Positions 26,926 to 34,320 of a stretch of DNA of 40,921 bases are shown piece by piece. The notes below the pieces were generated by a model. It ran no database searches. It saw nothing but the letters and a program-made list of their open reading frames with translations, and had not been told where the DNA came from. The stretch comes from Candidatus Magasanikbacteria bacterium RIFOXYC2_FULL_40_16. GTDB lineage: Bacteria; Patescibacteriota; Patescibacteriia; Magasanikbacterales; UBA922. The stretch is taken from the NCBI GenBank assembly GCA_001783185.1, contig MFQY01000042.1:553-41473 (forward strand), written 5' to 3'. The number at the start of each line of letters is the position of its first letter. The first letter of the stretch is position 1. Both the position numbers and the translations under genes were made by a program.

Positions 26926-27612
26926 ATGAAGATAAAATTGGAACAGTTTTCTGGCCCTTTGGATTTATTGCTTTCATTGATTAAAGATAATGAATTGAAT
27001 ATTACCGAGCTTGCCTTGTCGGAAATCACGGAGCAGTATTTAAAATATTTGGATAAATTGGAAGACAATCGGGCGGAAGAATTGGCGGATTTTTTGGTGA
27101 TTGGGACGAGATTATTATATTTGAAATCGCGGTTATTATTGCCACAATTCGGTCCGGAAGAGGAAGAAGGGCCGAGTCTTGAAGAACAATTAAAATTATA
27201 CAAGACCTTTGTGGATTTAAGCCGGAAAGTAAACAAGCTTTGGAATTACAAAGATAGGAGCGTGTTTCGAGTTGAACCACCAAGAAAAGCAGAGAGTTTT
27301 GTCGCTCCGGTAAATTTGGACAAGTCGGTTTTATATGATAATATGGTGCAACTGTTGAACAGGCTGAAACCATTGAAACCGTTGCCGGAAACAAGAATTG
27401 ACAAAGCGATTTCGATGAAAGAAAAATTGGATAAAATTAGAAATATATTAAAGAAAAATAAATCAATTAATTTTCTTGAATTGCTGGAAAACGCGAATAA
27501 TAGAACGGAAGTGATTGTAAGTTTTCTGGCTTTGCTTGAGTTAGTTAAGCAAAAAGCGGTTATTTTAAAACAGGAGGCGACTTTTGCCGATATAGCAATT
27601 GAGAGGGTATAG
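26926..27612 (+). CDS. scpA: Segregation/condensation protein A
   Basis: FSGPLDLLLSLI, ITEQYL, KSRLLLP, FLALLELVK. Confidence 0.93.
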   Translation: MKIKLEQFSGPLDLLLSLIKDNELNITELALSEITEQYLKYLDKLEDNRAEELADFLVIGTRLLYLKSRLLLPQFGPEEEEGPSLEEQLKLYKTFVDLSRKVNKLWNYKDRSVFRVEPPRKAESFVAPVNLDKSVLYDNMVQLLNRLKPLKPLPETRIDKAISMKEKLDKIRNILKKNKSINFLELLENANNRTEVIVSFLALLELVKQKAVILKQEATFADIAIERV

Positions 27613-27696
27613 TAGTTCACAGCCAATAGTTCATAACCAATAGTTTATTTTTATTCAAATTATTGGCTATTGGCTCCGAACTATTAACTATAATAT

Positions 27697-28233
27697 ATGG
27701 ATTTACAATCTCAAATAGAATCAATATTGTTTGTGGCCTCTAAGCCGTTGAAGTTTAGCGTAATCGCCAAAGCGGTTGGCGTTGGCGTCGGGGAGGTGGA
27801 AGAAGTGATTGAGGTTTTAAAAATGAAATATAATAATGATTCCGGAATAAATATATTGCAGTTGGGTGATAGCGCGCAAATGGCGACAAATCCCAAAAAT
27901 GTTGATGTGATTGAAGGTTTTATGAAGGATGAAATTGCCGGTGAATTGACTAAAGCGCAATTGGAAACCCTTACGGTAATAGCATATAGACAACCGATAA
28001 CCAGACCCGAACTTGAAGTAATCAGGGGAGTTAATTGCGCTTTGATTATACGAAATCTTTTAATGAGGGGGTTAATTGAGGAATTGGAAGATGAAGAAAA
28101 GATAGTGCCGGTATATAGGCTTTCTTTTGAAGCATTGAGGCATTTGGGCATAAGCGATGTGAAGGAGCTGCCTGATTATGCCGGTATGAGTGAACATGAG
28201 TATATTAAACAAGTTATTGAGGGAGAAAAATAA
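27697..28233 (+). CDS. scpB: Segregation/condensation protein B
   Basis: IESILF, LETLTVIAYRQPITRPELEVIRGVN. Confidence 0.95.
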   Translation: MDLQSQIESILFVASKPLKFSVIAKAVGVGVGEVEEVIEVLKMKYNNDSGINILQLGDSAQMATNPKNVDVIEGFMKDEIAGELTKAQLETLTVIAYRQPITRPELEVIRGVNCALIIRNLLMRGLIEELEDEEKIVPVYRLSFEALRHLGISDVKELPDYAGMSEHEYIKQVIEGEK

Positions 28234-28253
28234 TTTTTGCATTTTTTTGATTT

Positions 28254-29315
28254 ATGAATAATACCCCCTTTTTTGGACCGGAAAAACCGGCTGATAAAAT
28301 CGGTTTTTTTTGGAAATTTATCGCTGTTGTGTTTGCGGTGGTGGCGGTATTTACGATATCGGTTTTTACAAATAAATTAGAGTTTACATCTGAGTTGAAT
28401 GAGATTTCTTTAGTGATGGAAAAAATGGACGAACTGGCTAAAACCGATGAGGTTCAGGCGGGCGGGGATGTTGTTGTAGAACCGATTAAAATACCAAAAT
28501 CGGAAATACCAAAATTGGTTGGCAAACTCAAAAATAGTGACGAGTTTACAGCGCAAGGGATAATTGTGAAAGATCATAAGAGCGGGGCGTTATTGTACAG
28601 TAAAAATGAATATGAAAAAAGATCTATCGCCAGTATAACGAAATTAATGAGCGCGTTGGTTTTACTGGAAAAAAATCCGGACTGGGATAGCACGGCGACA
28701 GTGATAGGGGATGATTCCATGGATACGCATATGTATGCCGGGGATGTTTATACTCTTGATCAATTATGGCATGCCGCTTTGGTTGGTTCATCCAATAAAG
28801 CGATATTGAGCTTGGCAAACGCGTTGGATTGGCCATCGGAAGCATTTGTTGAAAGAATGAACCAAAAAGCGAGAGAACTTGGTATGACAGAAACAAATTT
28901 CATTGAACCTACCGGTCTTGACGAGGGTAATCAGTCAAGCGCAAGCGATTTGGTAATTCTTTTGAATAACGCTTTGCAAAATGAGAAAATTAAAGAAGCG
29001 CTTAAAACAATTGAGTATAATCTATACTCGGAGCAGAGAGGCAAAGAACATCATATGTGGAATACAAATTGGCTGTTGCTGGGCTGGGTTGAAAATGACT
29101 TTGAAGAAGTGATTGGCGGAAAAACTGGATATACTAACGCGGCCGGTTATAGCTTTGTTGTGACTGTAAAAAATAGAGATGGGAATATGGTAGATATAGT
29201 GGTGTTGGGTACAGGCGAACATGAAGACAGATTTACTGAGGCCAGGGATTTGGCTAATATGGTATTTGAGAGTTATCAATGGCCCACGAAAAATGGCGAT
29301 AGCCTTTTTGAGTGA
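28254..29315 (+). CDS. D-alanyl-D-alanine carboxypeptidase (peptidase S11), membrane anchored
   Basis: ASITKLM (SxxK), SSN (SxN), GGKTGYT (KTG); N-terminal transmembrane helix. Confidence 0.9.
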   Translation: MNNTPFFGPEKPADKIGFFWKFIAVVFAVVAVFTISVFTNKLEFTSELNEISLVMEKMDELAKTDEVQAGGDVVVEPIKIPKSEIPKLVGKLKNSDEFTAQGIIVKDHKSGALLYSKNEYEKRSIASITKLMSALVLLEKNPDWDSTATVIGDDSMDTHMYAGDVYTLDQLWHAALVGSSNKAILSLANALDWPSEAFVERMNQKARELGMTETNFIEPTGLDEGNQSSASDLVILLNNALQNEKIKEALKTIEYNLYSEQRGKEHHMWNTNWLLLGWVENDFEEVIGGKTGYTNAAGYSFVVTVKNRDGNMVDIVVLGTGEHEDRFTEARDLANMVFESYQWPTKNGDSLFE

Positions 29316-29421
29316 GCCACGAGACGAAAGGAAGTGAGTTTTTCGTGGCCGTAAATATATGTTAATGGCGCCATCTCGTGGCAAGCCACGAAAAGCTTCG
29401 CCTCGTGGCAAGCCACGAAAA
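29284..29421. repeat. Cluster of CCACGA/TCGTGG palindromic units
   Basis: CTCGTGGCAAGCCACGAAAA twice (29375, 29402) plus further half-sites; relative at 8109-8145. Confidence 0.7.
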
Positions 29422-29440
29422 ATGCGGAATGATGAATAAT

Positions 29441-29470
29441 AAAAATTACACGATTAGTCGTGTAATTTTT
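29441..29470. terminator. Bidirectional terminator
   Basis: AAAAATTACACGA-TTAG-TCGTGTAATTTTT between convergent genes. Confidence 0.7.
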
Positions 29471-30446
29471 ATTGAATAGTGAGTAATACTATCTCCGGAG
29501 GATTGAAGAGACGGAGACGAGCGCCGGATTCATTAGCGCCACTGGTGACGAAAAGTTTTGAACCATTATATTCAACCAAACCCTGATACCACGCGTGCGG
29601 GAGGTCGGTTTCTATTGTGCCGGCCGGTCCGATAAAAGGCAAGCGGACTTGTCCGCCATGAGTGTGTCCGGACAAGACCAGATCTATACCATGTTTTGAT
29701 GCTTCATAAATAGCGGTTGGATTATGTATAAGCGCTATAATTGGCAGTTCCGGATTTTCCAATTTTGCTTTATCCAGACTCTCGTAGTTTACAGCGTCAA
29801 TTAAAAATTCATCTCCGCCGAATAATAGAAAAGATTCGCCATTTACCGTTATTTTTTCTGTTTCGTTAATAAGATAACGAACGCCAAGATTTCTCATAGC
29901 TTGAGCAATTTCAGCGCTTTTGTTAGGCAGTTTAAAGCGTTTTTTTATATCAGAATCATATAAACCAACGCCATATTCATGGTTTCCGTGCACAGCATAG
30001 GTTGGTATTTTTTTAGCCACTTGCCCCAGCGGTTTGAGATAGTCAATACGGTTATCATCTTTATAATTGCCGAATGTATGGTCGCCGTCGACAAAGACTA
30101 AATCAGGATTTAAACTTAAAATTAAGTCCGCTATTCTCTGGGTATCACTTTCCTTATTAAAATCACCGACATGTATATCTGATATTAGGGCTATTTTGAG
30201 AGGTTTTTCCAAGCCGGGCAAATCAATTATTTGGCGGTTTACGGTCAGTAAATTTGGTTCTACAAAAGAACCGTAAAATAAAAAAAAGGTACCAATTAAA
30301 AGTGTGGCGGCGAAAAGCGCTGACTTATTTTTGTTTTTATATTCCCATGATTCAGGGTGTTTCCGTCTGTGATACAATAAAATAACCGCCGGCAACACGG
30401 TTGCTGAAACACAAGCAATTATTACGATATCGTAAAATAAGTCCAT
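29469..30446 (-). CDS. Membrane-anchored calcineurin-like metallophosphoesterase (YkuE/YaeI-like)
   Basis: SDIH, GDH, GNHE, HNP, SGHTHGGQ; two N-terminal TM helices; start at MDLFY (30446). Confidence 0.9.
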   Translation of the reverse strand: MDLFYDIVIIACVSATVLPAVILLYHRRKHPESWEYKNKNKSALFAATLLIGTFFLFYGSFVEPNLLTVNRQIIDLPGLEKPLKIALISDIHVGDFNKESDTQRIADLILSLNPDLVFVDGDHTFGNYKDDNRIDYLKPLGQVAKKIPTYAVHGNHEYGVGLYDSDIKKRFKLPNKSAEIAQAMRNLGVRYLINETEKITVNGESFLLFGGDEFLIDAVNYESLDKAKLENPELPIIALIHNPTAIYEASKHGIDLVLSGHTHGGQVRLPFIGPAGTIETDLPHAWYQGLVEYNGSKLFVTSGANESGARLRLFNPPEIVLLTIQ

Positions 30447-30452
30447 AGATAG

Positions 30453-30534
30453 TGCCGACGGTGGGAATCGAACCCACATGCCTTGCGGCACACGATTTTG
30501 AGTCGTGCGTGTCTGCCAGTTCCACCACGTCGGC
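30453..30534 (-). tRNA. tRNA-Leu(CAA)
   Basis: Acceptor GCCGACG/CGTCGGC, anticodon arm CACGA-CTCAAAA-TCGTG, long variable arm, GGTTCGATTCC T arm; CCA not encoded. Confidence 0.95.
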
Positions 30535-30535
30535 A

Positions 30536-30784
30536 TTATTTTATTGATTCTTTAAGCATTAATTTTATCATTCGTTTTCCTTGGGTTGTTTTTAAATATT
30601 TTTCTCGTCTGATAGTGTCCAATTTTACACAAAAAGCTTCATAATATATCAACTTTATAGGTCTGTAGTTTTTAGTAGCCTTTACCTTCCCTCGGTTATG
30701 CTCAAGCATTCGGCGTGTTAAATTATCTGATCTTCCGGTATAAAGTAGATTATTTGAAAGTTTAATAATATAAACGTAATACAT
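30536..30784 (-). CDS. Small GIY-YIG nuclease (82 aa)
   Basis: YYVYII...LYTG.S.NL.RR..EHN.G...T...RP.KLIYYE.F......RREK.LK. Confidence 0.88.
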   Translation of the reverse strand: MYYVYIIKLSNNLLYTGRSDNLTRRMLEHNRGKVKATKNYRPIKLIYYEAFCVKLDTIRREKYLKTTQGKRMIKLMLKESIK

Positions 30785-30789
30785 ATTTA

Positions 30790-30935
30790 ACGATTTTGCC
30801 CCAGTAGTAGAAGCTGTTGCTTCACTACGGGGCACCATGTATTGAGCTTTGCTCTAGTACAGGGTGAGTCGTGCGTGCCCCGCCATGTACTGAGCTCTGC
30901 TCTAGTATATGGTCTGCCAGTTCCACCACGTCGGC
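30790..30935 (-). pseudogene. Duplicated 5' half of tRNA-Leu interrupted by three short hairpin insertions
   Basis: Segments 30790-30798, 30867-30877 and 30913-30935 together reproduce 30492-30534 exactly. Confidence 0.85.
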
Positions 30936-30961
30936 TAAAAAGCATATTTGGCGACAGACCC

Positions 30962-30990
30962 ATTATAGTTTATTTTGTAAATTTTGTCAA
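30962..30990 (-). promoter_or_regulatory. Consensus sigma70 promoter upstream of tRNA fragment, GIY-YIG gene and tRNA-Leu
   Basis: Minus strand TTGACA-17-TATAAT followed by GC-rich GGGTCTGTCGCC. Confidence 0.8.
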
Positions 30991-31009
30991 TTTAGTGTAT
31001 ACTGAAGTC

Positions 31010-31780
31010 ATGACAAAAATAATCTCAGTAGTCAACCAAAAGGGAGGCGTGGGAAAAACAACCACCGCCATGAATTTGGCCGCTTTTTTAGCTGAGCTGG
31101 GCAGTTTTGTTTTGCTTGTGGATATGGACCCGCAGGCGAACGCCACCAGCGGTTTGGGACTTCAGAGAGAGGATGTGAAACACGGAATTTATGAAGCTTT
31201 GTCTGGTCAGAAACGATTTCATGATATTGTTTTTAATACCGGCCACACCGGTTTACGCATCGCGCCTGCAACTGCTAATTTAGCCGGAGCGAATATTGAA
31301 TTGGTTGATGTGGAACGCCGGGAGCATCAATTATTAGATTTATTGGAAGAAGCAAGACATGCTTACGACTATATAATTATAGACTGTCCGCCATCTTTGG
31401 GTCTTTTAACAATAAACAGTTTAGTGGCGGCGGATGAGCTTTTGATACCGGTGCAGGCGGAATATTACGCGCTTGAGGGTTTGGGACAGCTTTTGAATAC
31501 TATTCAATTGATACAGGAACATATAAAACCGGAATTAAATATTTTAGGCGCGGTTATTACCATGTTTGATAAAAGAACCAGATTGTCGGAAGATATTATG
31601 AATGAATTGTATAGATATTTTCCGGATACGATTTTTAGAAGCATTATACCAAGAACCGTCAGATTGGCGGAAGCGCCCAGTTTTGGCAAGACGATTTTAC
31701 AATATGATCCAAACGGAAAGGGAGCAAAAGCTTATGAAAGATTGGCGCGTGAAATTTTAGAAAAACACAGTAATTATTAA
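31010..31780 (+). CDS. parA: Chromosome partitioning ATPase ParA/Soj
   Basis: NQKGGVGKTT, DMDPQANAT, IIDCPPSLG, PVQAEYYALEG, LAEAPSFG; start at ATG 31010. Confidence 0.96.
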   Translation: MTKIISVVNQKGGVGKTTTAMNLAAFLAELGSFVLLVDMDPQANATSGLGLQREDVKHGIYEALSGQKRFHDIVFNTGHTGLRIAPATANLAGANIELVDVERREHQLLDLLEEARHAYDYIIIDCPPSLGLLTINSLVAADELLIPVQAEYYALEGLGQLLNTIQLIQEHIKPELNILGAVITMFDKRTRLSEDIMNELYRYFPDTIFRSIIPRTVRLAEAPSFGKTILQYDPNGKGAKAYERLAREILEKHSNY

Positions 31781-31789
31781 TAGTAAATT

Positions 31790-32653
31790 ATGCCTTTAGG
31801 AAAAGGATTAAGTTCTTTGATACCACAAGGTGGGCTAAGAAAAACATTTAGAAGAGAAACCGGCGACAAAAATGATAATGATCATAATAGAATTTGGCAT
31901 ATTCCGCTTAGTGAAATAACACCGAATGCCGAACAGCCACGTAAAGATTTTTCCCATGAAGATCTTGAGGATTTGGTGTCTTCAGTCAAAAAACATGGCG
32001 TATTACAGCCAGTGATAGTTACGGAAAAAGAGGATGGCGGTTATGAATTGATAGCCGGAGAACGAAGATTCAGGTCTTCACAAATAGCGGGCTTGCCGAC
32101 AATTCCGGCGATTGTGCGTTCCGCGACAACTCAAGAAAAACTGGAATTGGCTTTGATAGAAAATGTGCAAAGACAGGACTTGAATCCGATTGAGGAAGGT
32201 TTCGCTTACAAGAGATTGATAGATGAATTTAATCTAACCCAGCAAGAAGTGGCTGAACAAGTGGGTAAGAGCCGTCCGGCAGTGGCAAATATGGTTCGTT
32301 TGCTTGATTTGCCTGAAGAAATCCAAAAAGCTTTGGTTGATAAAAAAATTAGCGCTGGCAAAGCCAGAGCTTTATTGGGCTTGAAAGACGAGAAAGAGCA
32401 GATGAGAGTTTTTAAGAGTGTAATTGGGGAAGAAATGACTGTGCGCGAGGTGGAGATGGAGGTTTATGGCAATCCGGAAAAATCGAGAAAAGGTTCGGTC
32501 AGGAAAGACCCGAATATTATGGCGCAGGAAGAATTGCTTGAAGATAGATTTGGGACAAAAGTGACGATTACTCAGAAAGGAAAAAATGGCGCGATTACAA
32601 TACATTTTTCATCTAAAGACGAACTAAAGCGTTTATTGCAAGAACTCGCTTAG
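31790..32653 (+). CDS. parB: Chromosome partitioning protein ParB/Spo0J
   Basis: LGKGLSSLI, QPRKDF, YELIAGERRFR, ENVQRQDLNPIEE, HTH GKSRPAVAN. Confidence 0.96.
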   Translation: MPLGKGLSSLIPQGGLRKTFRRETGDKNDNDHNRIWHIPLSEITPNAEQPRKDFSHEDLEDLVSSVKKHGVLQPVIVTEKEDGGYELIAGERRFRSSQIAGLPTIPAIVRSATTQEKLELALIENVQRQDLNPIEEGFAYKRLIDEFNLTQQEVAEQVGKSRPAVANMVRLLDLPEEIQKALVDKKISAGKARALLGLKDEKEQMRVFKSVIGEEMTVREVEMEVYGNPEKSRKGSVRKDPNIMAQEELLEDRFGTKVTITQKGKNGAITIHFSSKDELKRLLQELA

Positions 32654-32654
32654 T

Positions 32655-34130
32655 TTATTTTTTAGGCAAGACGGATTTAAGCCAGCCGGTCAGTCTGGTT
32701 TTTTTGTTTTGTGATTTTATATGATCTCTGGCTGTGTGTGTTTTGGTAAAGTCAATCCAGTCCGGGTTTGGCCCTTTTCTGTTTTTATCAACGATAATTT
32801 CTACTACATCTCCATTTTGTAACGGAGTGTCAAGACTGGCGATTTTTTCATTTATTCTGGCGCCGTTGCATCGGTTGCCGATGTCAGTATGTATATGATA
32901 AGCAAAATCAACCGGAGTGGCATATTCAGGCAAATCAATCACGTCGCCTTTAGGAGTAAAGACAAAAATTCTTGATTGTAAAAAATCAACTTTGATTTCT
33001 TCCAAGTCAGACATTTTATTTAAAATATCTTTTTGGATTTCCGCCAATTCTTTTACCCATTGTATTTCTTTGGCCGGCAGACGCGAGCCTCTTTCATCAT
33101 AATGCCAATGCGCGGCCACACCATATTCTGCTTCCTCATGCATATCATGCGTTCTGATTTGGAATTCTACCAGTTCTCCGTGTTCATCAAAAACAGTAGT
33201 GTGCAGAGATTGATAGCCGTTCGGTTTAGGTTGTGAAATATAATCTTTAATTCGGCCTTTCAGTGGTTTCCATATTTTATGGAGGATGCCAAGAGTGGCA
33301 TAACAGTCGGCGATGGTCGGCACGATTACTCTGATAGCGATAACGTCATATACTTTATCCGCGTCATTTTCTTTTCTGAGCAATTTTTTATAAAAGCTGT
33401 ATAATCTTTTATTTCTTCCTTTCAAATCAATAATTTTTATATTGGCATTGGCAAGTTCCATTTTTGACACTTCCTGTATTTTTTGCAGGGATTTTTCTTT
33501 TCCTCTTAATTTTTCTTCCATTAATTTTTTAACCCGTTCATATTCTTTCGGGTAAACATATCTGAATGCCAAATCTTCCAGTTGGCCTTTCATTTCAGCG
33601 ATTCCAAGGCGGTTGGCGATCGGGGCGTAAATTTCCAAACTTTCCAGCGCGATGCGATATCTTTTTTGTGGAGGCAGAGAATCAAGCGTTTGTAAATTAT
33701 GGATTCTGTCAGCGAATTTTATTATCATAACCCGAATGTCTTCGGCCATAGCGATAAACATTTTTCTCAGATTTTCAATATATCTTTCAACACCGCGATA
33801 TTTGAGTTTGCCCAATTTTGTGATACCTTCAACCATTTTTCTGATTTCGCTGCCGAAATTATCTTCAATTTCCTGCAAAGTTATATGTGTATCTTCCGGA
33901 ACATCGTGAAGAAGAGTGGCGGTAATAATCACAGGGTCAATGCGCATATCTGCCAAAATATGAGCAGCGGCCAATGGGTGTGTAATATAAGGTTCTTTTG
34001 ATTTTCTGAATTGTCCACGATGAGCGTCGTCGGCAAAATTAAAAGCCAAGCGGACAATATCCAAATCAGACTCAGGGCTGTAAGTCTTTATTTTTTCAAC
34101 TAGGGAGTCAATTGTCTGTTTTTCTCTCAT
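32655..34130 (-). CDS. rel: Bifunctional (p)ppGpp synthetase/hydrolase (HD-SYN-TGS), C-terminally short
   Basis: PYITHP, LLHDVPED, IKFADRIHN, YQSLHTT, EFQIRT, VFTPKG...TPVDFAYHIHT. Confidence 0.92.
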   Translation of the reverse strand: MREKQTIDSLVEKIKTYSPESDLDIVRLAFNFADDAHRGQFRKSKEPYITHPLAAAHILADMRIDPVIITATLLHDVPEDTHITLQEIEDNFGSEIRKMVEGITKLGKLKYRGVERYIENLRKMFIAMAEDIRVMIIKFADRIHNLQTLDSLPPQKRYRIALESLEIYAPIANRLGIAEMKGQLEDLAFRYVYPKEYERVKKLMEEKLRGKEKSLQKIQEVSKMELANANIKIIDLKGRNKRLYSFYKKLLRKENDADKVYDVIAIRVIVPTIADCYATLGILHKIWKPLKGRIKDYISQPKPNGYQSLHTTVFDEHGELVEFQIRTHDMHEEAEYGVAAHWHYDERGSRLPAKEIQWVKELAEIQKDILNKMSDLEEIKVDFLQSRIFVFTPKGDVIDLPEYATPVDFAYHIHTDIGNRCNGARINEKIASLDTPLQNGDVVEIIVDKNRKGPNPDWIDFTKTHTARDHIKSQNKKTRLTGWLKSVLPKK

Positions 34131-34320
34131 AATTAAATTTAGCTTTTTAGCTTGTAGCTTTTTAGGGTACGAACAATCAAATAATTAATTCAATATCACC
34201 TAATAAGCTAAAAAGCTAATAAGCTACAGCTTGGTTTATACTTTATATCCTTTTTCGTCTTTTGGCAAGACCGGCTCTCCTAAAATAAAACCCCCTCGAC
34301 TAAGTCGGGGGGTCTGGATG

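Noticed and set aside
30447-30536. N-terminal extension of the metallophosphoesterase ORF
   Set aside because: It is the tRNA-Leu sequence read in frame
30492-30935. Classical prophage att site or group I intron in tRNA-Leu
   Set aside because: No integrase, cargo under 300 bp, the 5' half is the duplicated part, the downstream tRNA is complete, and no intron core is recognisable
30842-31009. 56-aa extension of ParA (and the 18-aa extension of GIY-YIG at 30785-30838)
   Set aside because: They overlap the tRNA fragment, hairpins and promoter; family homology starts at 31010 and 30784
31010-32653. parS site near parAB
   Set aside because: No TGTTTCACGTGAAACA-like palindrome seen by eye; a motif scan would be needed to exclude it
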